The notes below the pieces were generated by a model that ran no database searches, had not been told where the DNA came from, and was given only the letters and a program-made list of their open reading frames with translations. Positions 50,020 through 62,699 of a DNA stretch of 64,000 nucleotides are shown one piece after another (within the stretch, counting starts at the first letter, position 1; each line of letters starts with the position of its first letter). This stretch comes from Chiloscyllium plagiosum (taxonomy: Eukaryota): NCBI RefSeq assembly GCF_004010195.1, contig NC_057749.1:23011886-23075885 (forward strand), written 5' to 3'. Both the position numbers and the translations under genes were made by a program.

Positions 50020-51335
50020 AAAAAAGGATTACATGGATGTTGCCAGGGTTGAAGGGTTTGAGCTATAGGGAGAGGTTGAATAGGCTGGGGCTGTTTTCCC
50101 TAGAGTGTCGGATGTTGCCAGGGTTGAAGGGTTTGAGTTATAGGGAGAGGTTGAACAGGCTGGGGCTGTTTTCCCTGGNNAAAGATATAAAAGGGACCTA
50201 AGGGGCAACCTTTCACACAGAGGGTGGTACGTGTATGGAATGAGCTGCCAGAGGAAGTGGTGGAGGCTGGTACAATTACAACATTTAAAAGGCATCAGGA
50301 TGGGTATAATGAATAGGAAGGGTTTGGACGGATATGGGCCAAGTGCTGGCAGGTGGGACTAGATTGGGTTGGGATATCTGGTCAGCATGAACGAATTGGA
50401 CCAAAGGATCTGTTTCCATGCTGTACATCTCTATGCCCCTATAACTCTATATATAAATAGAATTAGTCCTGCTGAAAATCTATCCTTAGTTTAATGCAAC
50501 ATACTTTATATATTTTCCAATCAGTCCAATGATACATTTTCAGTGGCTATCAGACTATTTGTAAATCAGTAATGTGTCAGTGATCTAGTCTGTTTACTGG
50601 AGAAGAGCTGGTCTCCAGTGCCTGAATTGGTCTTCCAATTCTTTAATTACTGTGCAAATACCTTCCTAATGTTCTGTGCAACTGGACAAAACTGATGGCT
50701 TCTCAATCCAACAGACCTCTAATGCCTCGCACATTGCACGGGACTCTTACATGAATAAAATCTGTTTAATTATCCTTGGGAACTGCTAGAGGAAGTGGTG
50801 GAGACCGACACAATTACAACATTTAAATGACATCTGGATGGGTATATGACTAGGAAGGGTTTAGAGGGAAATGTGCCAAATGGTGGCAAATGGGACTGGA
50901 TTAATTTAGGTTATCTGGTTGGCATGGATGAGTTGGACCGAGGGGTCTGTTTCCATGCTGTACAACTCTATGGCTTACAGAGGTTTATAAAATCATGAGG
51001 GACATGGATAGAATAAATAGACAAAGTCTTTTCCCTGGAGTGGGTGAGTCTAGAACTAGAGGGTATAGGTTTAGGGCGAGAGGGGAAAGATATAAAATGG
51101 ACCTAAGGGGCAACTTTTTCACACAGAGGGTGGTATGTGTATGGAATGAGCTGCCAGAGGAAGTGGTGGAGGCTGGTACAATTACAACATTTAAAAGGCA
51201 TCTGGATGGGTAGATGAATAGGAAGGGTTTAGAGGGATAGGAGTCAAGTGCTGGTAAATGGGACTAGATTAGGTTAGGATGACTGATTGGCAAGGACGAG
51301 TTGGACCGAAGAATCTGTTTCCATGTTGTATTTCT
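50020..51335 (+). mobile_element. Three CR1/HER1-type 3' fragments (50020-50450, 50780-50972, 50973-51335); also one at 49262-49432
   Basis: WNELPEEVVEAGTITTFKRHLDG blocks and tails; 50450-50780 is unique sequence. Confidence 0.85.
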
Positions 51336-51346
51336 GATTGTGGTGC

Positions 51347-51629
51347 AGTGTGGAAACAGGCCCTTCGGCCCAACAAATCCACACCGACCTTCCAAAGAGT
51401 AACACACCCAGACCCATTTCCCTCTGACTAATGTACCTAACACTATGGGCAATTTAGCATGGCCAATTCACCTGACCTGCACATCTTTGGACTGTGGGAG
51501 GAAACCGAAGCACCCGGAAGAAACCCACGCAGACACGGGGAGAATGTGCAAACTCCACACAGGCAGTCGCCCAAGGCTGGAATCGAACCTGGGACCCTGG
51601 TGCTAACCACTGAGCCACCGTGCTGCCCC
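51347..51629 (-). mobile_element. HE1-like V-SINE
   Basis: Head, V-domain and tail. Confidence 0.92.
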
Positions 51630-51699
51630 TATGACTTTGGGAGAGGGGGTTCTCTGTTTCAGGAGGTTTTACATTGTAGAAGGTCATGGGTTCACTTCA

Positions 51700-51865
51700 G
51701 AACAGTGCAGGGAGTGCACTACACGAGAGGTACATTTTTAATCAGAGGACTTTAACCAAGGTCCTGACCTTCAGGTCATGCAAAGGATCCATACCATAAT
51801 TCAAAGAAGAGCAAAAAATTTCTCTCCACATGTTGAGGCCAATTTTCATTGCTCAGTAACACTAT
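51700..51865 (+). mobile_element. Decayed Deu-domain SINE (SacSINE1/AmnSINE1-like)
   Basis: gggagtgc ... taaccaaggtcctg ... aaggatcc ... aagaagagca ... ggccaat resembles the Deu domain as recalled from memory. Confidence 0.45.
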
Positions 51866-51867
51866 TT

Positions 51868-52171
51868 TAGATTAGATTACTTACAGTGCGGAAACAGGCC
51901 CTTCGGCCCAACAAGTCCACACCAACCCGCCAAAGTGCAACCCAACCAGACCCATTCCCCTACATTCACCCCTTCACCTAACACTATGGGCAATTTAGCA
52001 TGGCTAATCCACCTAACCTGCACATTTTTGGATTGTGGGAGGGAACCGGAGCACCCGGAGGAAACCCACACAGACACGGGGAGAATGTGCAAACTCCACA
52101 CACAGAGTTGCCTGAGGCAGGAATTGAACCCAGGTCTCTGGCAGCAGTGCTAACTACTGTGCCACCGTGCA
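51868..52171 (-). mobile_element. HE1-like V-SINE
   Basis: Head, V-domain, (aatct)n tail. Confidence 0.92.
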
Positions 52172-52199
52172 TTCTGAAACAAAAACACATATTGTTGTG

Positions 52200-52620
52200 G
52201 AGAAATTCTATGGACAGAAAACAGTGTTAACATTTCAGTACAGCAGCCCCTCTTTCAGAAGTGATAATATTGAGGAAAATGTGGGAGATATGCTAATGAC
52301 AAACGTTGTGATGGGAGGAGGGAGATGGAGCCCAGAGAGGGAAAGACAGTTTGGCAGATAAAATGATAGATGCTGGTAAGCCAGGGAAGGAGAAAAGCTG
52401 ATAATGGGGACAATGAGTAGGTGAAAATGGGGTGGCCATACTGCAGTGAGCCCATGTCATGACAGGGCCTGAGGTGTTAGGTGGGTAAAAGGACATGGGA
52501 GATGGTGTTCAGGCCCTAAAATTATTGAACTTGATATCGAATCTGAAAGCAGAAAATGAAATGACGTCCTTCCAGCTTGCACTAAGCCTTGCTGGAGGAC
52601 TGCAGCAAGCCAGAGGCAAT
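52200..52620 (-). mobile_element. Old Penelope-like 3' fragment
   Basis: Reverse strand has GLLQSSSKA.CKLEGRHFIF...DIKFNNFR, homologous to the PLE endonuclease end. Confidence 0.6.
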
Positions 52621-53359
52621 AAAATAATCTGATTGTTTACCACCTGTCAATCTGACACAGCAAGATCCCACAATCAGCCATCTCATATCTCCACATTCCC
52701 AACAGTCCGTACAATGGACAAGTGTTCTTGTTTAATGATACATGTGTTGTGAAATCTGCCACAGAAATGAAAGTCCCTTCATTCAAAATACATTATTCCT
52801 TTAACCGCATGCAGCTGTCTTTGTTAAAACGAGGAATGAGGGATGATTAAAGCAATTCCCCTTCACCAGTAAGGCTCTTCCTTCATTTTTGTTTTTGCAA
52901 AGTACTTGCTCAAGGACTCTCAAAATTGGCAACTCAACCCCTTTTCACAAAAAAAAAGCAACGACAAATGGCTCTGAAAATAACAGCTATCTTTTCCACC
53001 TCTGGGTACGTAACCCAGCTTAGTGATAAATGACTGAGCTGTTGTGTCCAGAACTGAACAGTGAGTTGCAGGCAGCAGCCTCTTTGTTCATTGTGAACGT
53101 GGCAGTGAAACATTTAAAGGAAAACCAGTATCCAGCAGAATAAACTGTCTGAACAATTACCGATCACAGCATTAGTAAGATAAATAAAAGTTTTATCAAC
53201 TAATATCAACAGTTAAGTAAACACCATGAGGTTATGCACCATTTTGAACATTAAAATTTGTTCCTATGGGTATCTGAGAGTAGCAGTCAGAGAAACAGAG
53301 CCCAAACCTAGGAAGGGTGATCAAAGGTTTAGCCCAAGAAGTTGGCTTTTAGGAAGGTC

Positions 53360-53522
53360 CAGGTGAAAGTGAGGCTACAGAACAGAATCAAAACGTGTAG
53401 CGCTGGCAAAGTACAGCTGGTCAGGCTGACATTCCTAATGAAGAGCTTATGCTCTAAATGTTGACTCTCCTGCTCCTTGGATGCTGTCTGACAGGCTGTG
53501 CTTTTCCAGCACCACACATTAA
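53360..53522. mobile_element. Palindromic PLE family A mini-element
   Basis: Inverted arms, decayed hammerhead near 53431; flanked by tttta(g/a)gaaggtc. Confidence 0.7.
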
Positions 53523-53536
53523 TTTTTAAGAAGGTC

Positions 53537-53870
53537 TTAGATTAGATTAGATTACTTACAGTGTGGAAACAGGCCCTTCGGCCCAACAAGTCCACACCGA
53601 CCTGCCGAAGCGCAACCCACCCAGACGCATTCGCCTACATTTACCTCTTCACCTAACACTACGGGCAATTTAGCATGGCCAATTCACCTGACCTGCACAT
53701 CTTTGGACTGTGGGAGGAAACCGGAGCACCCGGAGGAAACTGGAGCACCCCCATGCAGACACGGGGAGAATGTGCAAACTCCACACAGAGAGTCGCCAGA
53801 GGCGGGAAGTGAACCCTGGTCTCTGGCACTGTGAGGCAGCAGTGCTAACCACTGTACCACCGTGCCGCCC
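53537..53870 (-). mobile_element. HE1-like V-SINE (young)
   Basis: Full length, CpGs retained, (aatct)n tail. Confidence 0.93.
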
Positions 53871-54260
53871 ACTTACAAAACAAAAGGAAACAGAGAGCAT
53901 TAGAGGTGTGGATGCTGAAGTAAAAGCACCAAGGGAGAGGTGAGGGAGATGCACAAGGGGGAAAAGCAGGAAAGTGGGGATTTGAGGATTACCGGATCAG
54001 CCATGATCTCACTGAATGGGAAGGTTGGGCTGAATGGCCTTCTTCTTATGGGAAAAGGAACATAGTGTTGTCATGACAGAGTGCGAGTGAGACTGAGATT
54101 CTGCTTAATGTATGGCAGCAGAGTTTTGACCAGCTGATGTTTATAAGATGTATAGGATGGCAGAGCATTGGAACAGTGAAGCACAGGATTTTCCAAGGCA
54201 CAGCTGAGAGTCTCAGCAACTGAAGCGTTAAGTTCAGGCCAGAGATATGTATTACAGAAA

Positions 54261-54732
54261 GGGGAGGCAATGACTTGGAGGTACTATTAATTCCAGGGAC
54301 CCAGCTAAAATTTGGATGATCTAGGCTCCAATCCTGCCATGGCAGATGGTGGAATTTGAAGTCAATAATTTCTTTAAAATCTGGAATTATGAATCTAATG
54401 ATGACCGAGTCTCCATCGTCAATTGTTGGGAAAACCTAACTGGTTCATTAATGTCCTTTAGGAAAGGAAATCTGCCATTCTTAACTTACGTGAGACTCCA
54501 GACCCACAACAATGTGGTTGACTCTCAACTGCCCTCTGGACAATTAGGAATGGCAATAAATGCTGGCCTAGCCAGTGATGCCCATATGTGTGAATGAATT
54601 TTTTAAAATACATGGTCTCCATTCAAATTCCACCATCTGCCTTGGTGGGAATCAAACCCAGATCCCCAGAACATTACTGGGTCTCTAAGTTCATTGTTCA
54701 GCAACAATACCACTAGGCCATTACCTCCCCCT
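54261..54732. mobile_element. Family X SINE (+, 54261-54600) and an inverted head-only copy (-, 54615-54732)
   Basis: ggggaggcaatg head, body, ctgccctctg|gacaattaggaatggcaataaatgctggcc tail; second copy is the reverse complement of the head. Confidence 0.8.
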
Positions 54733-55013
54733 GAAAGGATGAAGGATGAAGGGATGAGCTCAGTCACATATCTACAACATTTGGTATTGTCAGGCCTTTG
54801 TTTTTAAGCATCAATCCCAATTCAATACACAGAAGTGCAAAGTCTCTCACATCCTACTCTGGCAACTCTGTACAACGTCCACATTCTGATTCTCCACATT
54901 AAAATAAAAGTAAGGACCACAAGACAGAATTGATACATTTTCCCTCCACCAGCTCTCCATCCTGTAAAATAAAAGGTGTAGTCACCATTGTCTTACCAGA
55001 CAATAGGTTACTG

Positions 55014-55016
<3 letters not shown>

Positions 55017-55073
<57 letters not shown>

Positions 55074-55080
55074 AAAAAAA
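55017..55080. repeat. (GT)n(GA)n compound microsatellite followed by an A-run
   Basis: Directly visible. Confidence 0.97.
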
Positions 55081-55165
55081 TCGGTGGTGGTTTAACCCAA
55101 GGGTCACCAAGCCTCAGGTGAGGGGAGAGGGACCTTCAGCCAAATTGAACCCCAGCTGTTGGTGT

Positions 55166-56348
55166 TGCTATCCCTTATTCCCAATTCCTCCACCTCCACC
55201 ACATCTCCCAGGAGGACCAATTCCACCGCACAACACACCAGATGGCCTCCTTCTTTAATGACGACAATTTCCCCTCTCACGTGTTCGATGATGCCCTCCA
55301 ACGCATCTCATCCACTTCCCGCACCTCCACCCTCGAACCCCACCCCTCCAACTGCAACAAGGACAGAACCCCCCTGGACCTCAAGCTCCACCCCACCAAC
55401 CTCCATATACATTGCATCATCCTCCGCCATGTCCGCCACCTACAAATGGACCCCACCACCAGAGATATATTTCCCTCCCAAACCTTATCCCGTTTTCCAA
55501 AAAGACTGTTTCCACCGCAGCTCTCTTGTCAGGTTCACGCCATTTCCCCCCCCCCCCCCAACAACCCACCCTCTCACACCGGCACCTTCCCCTGCCACCA
55601 CAGGAATTGCAAAACCTGTGTCCACATCTCCCCCCTCATCTGCATCCACGGCCCCAAAGGAGCCTTCCACATCCATCAGAGTTTGACCTGCACTTCCACA
55701 TTTCATTTATTGTATCCGTTGCTCCCGATGCGGTCTCCTCTACATTGGAGAGACAGGACGCCCACTTGCAGAGCGCTTCAGAGAACATCTCCGGGACATC
55801 CACGCCAACCAACCCCAGCACCTCATGGCTGCCACACTTCAACTCCCCCTCCCACTCCACCAAGGACATGAAGGTCCGGGGCCTCCTCCATCGCCCCACC
55901 CTCACCACACAGTGCCTGGAGGAAGAAGGCCTAATTTTCTGCCTTGGGACCCTCCAACCACACGGCATCAATGTGGATTTCACCAGTTTCCTCATTTTCC
56001 CCTCCCCCCACCTTATCCCAGTTCCAACCTTCCAGCTCAGCACCACCCTCATGACCGTCCTACCTGTCCATCCTGTCCATCACCTATCAATTCTAACCGC
56101 CTCTCTTACCTATCACCATCACCCTCACCTCCATTTACCCAGGACACTCTCAGCTACGATCCCCCCCAGCCCCATACCCCTCCCATTTATCTCACCACCC
56201 CCTCAGCTCAAAAGCCTCATTCCTGATTAAGGGCTCTTGCCCAAAATGTCGATTGTCCTGCTCCTCGGATGCTACTTGACCTGCTGTGCTTTTCCAATAC
56301 TACACACTCTACTCTGATCTCCAGCCTCTGCAGTCCTCACTTTCTCCA
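55166..56348 (+). mobile_element. Longest Penelope-like family A fragment (RT thumb, linker, GIY-YIG, terminus), frameshifted
   Basis: AIPYSQFL; TFPCHHRNCKTCVH; FIYCIRCSRCGLLYIGETGRPLAERFREHLRDI (55702-55800); decayed hammerhead near 56223; same tail as 5460-5560. Confidence 0.93.
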
Positions 56349-56496
56349 TTGCAAACTAGCTTTCCAGCCAGCTGAGATCACATATTCACCCGGCTCCCCC
56401 CACACACCAGCTTGTCATGCATTGAAGCATTCAAATTAGCAAGGTCTTCTCGGTTCGGATCTCCATCTTACAGAAAGGTACAGAGGTACTCATCGT

Positions 56497-56708
56497 ATCA
56501 TAGAATCCTAGAATCCCCAGTGTGGAAACAGGCCATTCAGCCTGACAAGTGCACACCAACCCTCCGAAGAGTAACTCATTCAGACCCATTCCCTTACCCT
56601 ACTCCTTCCTCTACCTTTACCCCAGATTAATGCACCTAACCTACACAACCCTGAAGACTTATGGACAATTTAGCATGGCCAATTCACCTAACCTGCACAT
56701 CTTTGGAT
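56497..56708 (-). mobile_element. HE1-like V-SINE, 5'-truncated
   Basis: Tail and 3' part of the V-domain. Confidence 0.85.
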
Positions 56709-56829
56709 ACTAGAAAAACTGGGACAAAATGAGATAGTTCTGGTGTCATCTGCGTAAATTGAGGAATGTTAACTATCAGGAAAGAAAGAGACTGAAATTC
56801 TTGAGGAAAGTGAAGACAAAGGAGTCTTT

Positions 56830-57490
56830 AAAATTATAAATGATTTAGATGAGAATATAGAAAGCATGGTTAACAGGTTTATGAATAACACAAAGATTGG
56901 TGGTAGTGAAGAAGCTTTCCAAGATCACAAAGATCTCTTGATCAATTGTGTCAATTGGCTGAAGACTAGCAGAAGGAGTTCAATTTCTCTAAATGCAAGA
57001 TAATTGCATTCTCTAAATGTAAAACAAACAAAGGCAAGATTTATTCACTTAAAAGTAGGGCCTCAGGCATTGCTGTGGAACCTAAGGGTTCAGATCCATA
57101 ACTCTTTGAGGTTTGCAGCACATATAGATAGGATGGTTAAGATGGTGTTTAGCATGCTTGCCTTCACTACTCAGACCTTTGAGTATCGGGTTTGGGATGT
57201 TATATTGAGGTTGTACAAGACATCGATGAGGCCTCTTCTGCAGTGCAGTGTCCAGTTCTGGTCACCCTGTTATAGTAGGGATACGATTACACTGGAGAGG
57301 CTTCAGCAGAAATTTCCCAGGATGCTACCAGTTATAAGGAGAGGCTGGATAGGCTTGGACTGTTTTCCCTGGAGTGTAGGAAGTTGAGGGGTGACTTTTT
57401 GAGGCTTATAAAATAATGAGTATAGATAAGGTGAATGGTAGATGTATTTTCCCTAGGGTGGGGGATTTCAAGACAAGGGGGCATATTTAT
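56830..57490 (+). mobile_element. CR1 RT-to-C-terminus fragment
   Basis: ORF 57004-57387 LYKTSMRPLLQCSVQFWSPCY. Confidence 0.85.
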
Positions 57491-57599
57491 ATATTACAAA
57501 GAAAAAGACAGTATTACAGGACAGCTATTTGGATAATGATACCCAGTGTGGGACTGCAAGGGACAGAGTATATAAACATCGAAAAATAGCAGGAAATAG

Positions 57600-60560
57600 G
57601 GTCAAAAAGGGACGAAGTGCTTAAACTGCAAAAATAAAGTCTGTTAACTTGAATGTGCATGGTATAAATGAATTAATGACACAAATAAAGCAGATTAATT
57701 AGCAATACAAGTACAGTTTAATGAGTATGATCTTATAATCACTAGAGATTAGTTACAAGGAGGTCAAAGCTGCACATGTGAATTTTCAGAAGGACAGGCA
57801 GGAAAGAAAGGTGGTGGGGTAGCTTTGTTAGTACGGGTCAAAATAAGTACGATAAGATTAAATGGTCTTGGTTGAGAAGATGTAGGTTCTAGATGGGCAG
57901 AAATAAGAAATAAAGAGGGGGAGATGACACTGTTAAGAGGAGTATATAGGCTCCTTAACATTAGCTATATGGTGGATCAGAGAATAAATCAGGAGATAAT
58001 GAGACTATGTAACAAAAGCATTACATTAATCATTGGTGACTTTAACTTTCATGTAGATTGGAATGGTCAGATTGATAGAGGAAGCAAAGAGGAAGGATAC
58101 CCAACCATATTCAGGATATTTTTCTCAAACAATACATTGAAGATCCAACCAGGGATCAGTCTATTTTGGAGCTGATGATATGTAATGAGGCAGGTTTAAT
58201 AAGTGATGCCAGAGTAAACAACCCCCGAGGAAAGAGTGACCATAACATGGTCGAATTTAGTATTTAGTTTGAGAGGGAGAAATTTGGGTTGAAAACAACT
58301 GTGCTAAACTTTATTAAGGATAATTACAAAGGAATGAGAATACTGCAGGCTGGAGAGGACTGAAGAAGAAGTTGAGGAACAATAGCAGACATTCAACGTT
58401 AACAAATCATGGCTCAAAGCAAAGATATATTCCTGAGTGAGGAAGATTTCTAGGAAGAGGATTATCTAAGCATATTTAACCAGAAAGTTAAAGGGTAGCA
58501 TGAAATTGAAAGGAAAATTATACAGTGAGGCAAAGATTAGTGGTAAACTAGAAGATTGGAACATTTTTTAAAAGGCTACAAAGGATGACCAAAGAAAATA
58601 AAGAGAGAAAATAAACTTTAAAGGTAAACTTTACGCAAAATTTTGTTTAATTTACAGAGTGCAGAATACAGTGCTACAGTTGCAGAGAAGGTGCAAAGAG
58701 AGAGATCTACATTAACATTTGAGAGCTCTGTTCAAAAGTCTGATAACAGCGATGAAGAAGCTGTTCTTGAATCTGATTGCACACGTATTCAAACTTTTAT
58801 ATCCTCTACCTGACGAGGAGGGTGTTAGAATCTATAACCTGAAGGTAATCTCAAGACAGACAGAAAAGGTTTCTTCAATTACATAAAAAGGAAGAGAGAT
58901 GACAAAGCTAACAAAGACCCTTTGGAGACTGAAGATAGAGAAATAATAATGGGGAAGCAGAAAATTGCAGAGGAGTTGAATAAATACTTGGCACCAGTCT
59001 TCACAATAGAAGATAATAATAGCATTCCAAAATTACTAAGTGATCAAGGACATAAAAGGAGAGGAAATAATTATCACTCGAGAAAAAGTGCTAAAGAAAC
59101 TAGTGGGGCTAAAGACTGATAAGTCTGGACCTGTATCCTCGGATATTAAATGCAGTAGCTACAGAGATACTGGTTGCACTGATAGTGATCTCCCAAGTAT
59201 TCTTAGATGCTGGAAAAGTCCCCAAGATTTGCCAAAGTAACACTAAAAAGGAAAGGAGAAAAGAAAGCAAGTAACTACAGACCAGTTAGCTTAACAACTG
59301 TTATTGGGAAGATGCTGGTGTCTATTATAAAGAATCGAAGCAGAGAATTTAGAGATATCTAAGATGAACCAGCAGAGTTAATATTGCTTCATGAAAGGGA
59401 AATAATCCCAAATATTCTTGATACTGAAAGGGATGCAGAGGAGGTTCACTATGCTGACTCCAGAATTGAGAGTGTTGGCTTATGAGGAGAGATTGAGTAG
59501 ACTGAGACAATACTCATTGGAATTTAGAAGTGGTAGTGTTGGGGTGGGGGGGGGGGGGGGGGAGAGAAGTCTTATAGAAACATATAAAATAATGAAGGGA
59601 ATAGGTAAAATGGAAGTAAGGAAGTTGTTTCCACTGGTGGGTGAAACTAGAACAAGGGAACAGAGCCTCAAAATAAGAGGGAGCAGATTAAGGACCGAGT
59701 AGAGGAGGAACTTCTTCACCCAAAGGGTTGTGAATCTGTGGAATTCCCCGCCCAGTGAAGCAGTTGAGGCTACTTCGTGGAATGCTCTTAAGGAAAAGAT
59801 AGATATAGAGTTTTGTGGAATGCTCTTAAGGAAAAGATAGATATAGAGTTTTGAACAGTAAAAGGAATTAAGGGTTATGCTGAGCAGGCGAGTAAGTGGA
59901 GCTGAGTCCAAGAGAAAAAAAAAATCAGCCATTATCTTATTGAACGGGAGAGCAGGCTGAATGGGCCAGAAGCCTACTCCTGCTCCTATTCCTTATGTTC
60001 TTAGAGTTCTTAAGTAGTATAAGTAAAGTGGAAAGGGAATATATTTGGGTTTTCTGAAGACATTTGATAAGGTAACATATATTAGGCTACTCAATGAGAA
60101 CCTGCAACTATAGCAGTAGAATATTAGAGGATTGACTAACGGAGAGAAGATAGAGTTGAGTCAAGAGAGCCTTTTCAGGATGGTAACCTATAACTAATGG
60201 AGTGTCACAAGGATTAGTGTTGGGGCTGAAGTTAATGGCAACACATGAAAATACACATTCATGAAGAAAGTAAATGTCCACAAGCCAAGTTTGTAGATTA
60301 CACAATAACAGGTGGGAAGGCAAGTGGTGATAATGACTCAAAGAGTCTGCAGAGGGATACAGACAGGTTAAGTGAGTGGATAAAAAACTTGGTAGATGGA
60401 CTATAATGTGGGAAATGTGAAGCACATTGACAGGAAGAATAGAGGAACTGAATATTATTTAAATGTAGAAAGACTGCAGAAAGCTACAGCAGAGCGATTG
60501 GAGAGTAAGCTAGGGTGAAAAAAAAAATCAACAGGTAATAGGGAATTCAAAAGAAATAGA
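57600..60560 (+). mobile_element. Old long CR1-type LINE (APE endonuclease through RT), fragmented
   Basis: KKGGGVALLVR, GVYR, IIGDFNFHVDW, GKSDHNMVEF, NYRPVSLT, GVSQGLVLG; interrupted by a minus-strand Rex-like 3' piece (58640-58840) and a CR1 3' end (59405-60010). Confidence 0.85.
59777..59852. repeat. Perfect 38-bp tandem duplication
   Basis: gtggaatgctcttaaggaaaagatagatatagagtttt twice, inside a CR1. Confidence 0.95.
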
Positions 60561-60759
60561 CCAGGTCATGACATTATTACTGTACCACAGCGTATGACCG
60601 AGGATTTAGGGATCTCAGATTTCATCCAACTCTGGGTAATCACTTGAAGCAGAAACATTATTGAAAACATACTGTTCTGATGTAATGTAGTAGCTTAATA
60701 TTAGACCAGGCACTGATATGCCTGCTAATAGCCATCCATCTGTTGGATTTTTCAATACC

Positions 60760-60830
60760 ACGTTGTCCATATCTAGTTTCTTATGCTGCTTATGTAACAT
60801 CAGCATTGCCACATTAGATAAAATACCTTA
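60760..60830 (-). mobile_element. Possible hAT transposase C-terminal remnant
   Basis: LSNVAMLMLHKQHKKLDMDNVV resembles the RLSxLAxLxIH...LDxDxVI dimerisation motif; very short. Confidence 0.25.
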
Positions 60831-60949
60831 TTGTAAATCACATCTAATAGCATAGGTATATTTGGAAGGAAGTCGATGAATATTTGATGGAGAAAGTAAC
60901 AGAAGACTATGGTGATAGGAGGAGATAAAGGAGGAGAGAGAAAGCTCAC

Positions 60950-62510
60950 AGTTTGTAGATGACACAAAGATTGGCCATGTTTGTTGACAGTGAGGAGGAA
61001 GGTATTAGATTATAGCAGAATGCAAACAGACTAGTTAGATAGGCAGATCAGTAGCAGATGGAATATAACCCTCATAAATGTAAGGTGAAGTGCAGGTTCA
61101 TAGCTCCTTGAAAGTGAGTTGCAGATAGATAGGATAGTGAAGGCGGCGTTTGGTATGCTTTATTGGTCAGAGTATTGAGTACAGAAGTTGGGAGGTCATG
61201 TTGCAGCTGTACAGGACATTGGTAAGGCCATTTTTGGAATATTGCGTGCAATTCTAGTCTCCTTCCTATCGCAAAGACTTTCTGAAACTTGAAAGGGTTC
61301 AGAAAGGATTTACAAAGATGTTGCCAGTGTTGGAGGATTTAAGCTGTAGGGAGAGGTTGACTAGGCTAGGGCTGTTTTCCTTGGAGCGTTGGAGGCTGAG
61401 GGCTGACCTTATTCAGGTTTATAAAATCATGAGGGGCATGGTTAGGATAAATAGGCAAAGTATTTTCCCTGGGATGGGAGGGCCCAGAACTAGAGGGTAT
61501 AGGTTTAGGGGGAGAGGGGCAAGATATAAAAGAGACCTAAGGGGCAACTTTTTCATGCAGAGGGTGGTACGTGTATGGAAGTGGTGGAGGCGAGTACAAC
61601 TGCAACATTTAAAAGGCATGTGGATGGGTATATGATTAGGACGGGTTTGGAGGGATATGGACTGTGTGCTGGCAGGTGGGACTAGATTGGGTTGGGATAT
61701 CTGGTCGGCATGGACGGGTTGGACCGAAGGGTTTGTTTCCGTACTGTACATCTCTATGACTCTATAGTGCACTTTGAAAGAAGGAAGAATACAAGGTACT
61801 CGATTAATGGCAGGACATTAGGAAGCTCAGAGGAACATAAGGGCATTCAGCTATAGATCCCTGAAGATGGCAGAACTGGTAAATAGGGTGGTTAAGATGG
61901 CATGATGGGGGACTTTCCTTTGTCAGTCATGGTGGAGTTTATAAGAGCAGAGAGATAATGTTGGAGATGTACAGGACTTTGGTTACACCACAGCTGTAGT
62001 TCTGGTCACCACGCTACAGTGAAGATGTGTTGGACTGGGAGGGAGTGCCCAAGAGATTCCCAGGATGTCATTTGAAATGGAGCACTTTAGATATGGAGAG
62101 AGACTGGATAAACTCATTGTTTTCTTTAAAGCAGAGAAGGTTGAGGGGGAAAACCTGATTGAGGGGTATAAAATTATAATGGGAACAGACAAGGTGAACA
62201 GAAAGCAGCCGTTCCCTTTAATCGAAGAGTCAATAACATGGGGGCCTAAATATTGAAGCGAAAAGGAGGAGGTTTAGAGGGGATTTGAGGAAAATCTTTT
62301 CCATCTAGGAGGGTTTTTGGGGTCTGGAATGCACTGCCTGGTGAGGGTCATTCAGGCAGGAGCCTCACAACCTTGAAGGGTACTTGGATGAGCACTTGAA
62401 GTGTCATGACATTCAAGACGATAGGACCAGGATAGATAGTAGTACATTTTTGAAGGTACAGATTTGATGGGCAGAAAGGCCTCTTCTGTACTGTATGACT
62501 CTATGATCAG
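60950..62510 (+). mobile_element. Old CR1 interrupted by a young CR1/HER1 fragment (61088-61767)
   Basis: FVDDTKIG near 60952; ORF 61318-61635; the old element resumes near 61768 and ends tatgactctatga. Confidence 0.85.
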
Positions 62511-62699
62511 CTAGCATCTGTGAAACATAAAAAATAGATGGTAAGTTGGGTCAAGTGGAATCTCCCTGTTGTCAATGCTATATAATTGGCACACTGTCCT
62601 GATCTGGACTATTTCTTCACAGTTTCAGGATTTTGATCCTGCTACAATCTCCTTAACAACATTTTGGGTGTGCCAACTTGACCACAGATTGCTGTTATG

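Noticed and set aside
50035..50180. 75-bp-period tandem duplication in a CR1
   Set aside because: Abuts an NN join and the copies differ at a few bases; likely an assembly overlap artefact.
55159..56230. Overlapping 130-270 aa ORFs
   Set aside because: Frameshifted pieces and alternative frames of one C-rich Penelope fragment, not a gene.
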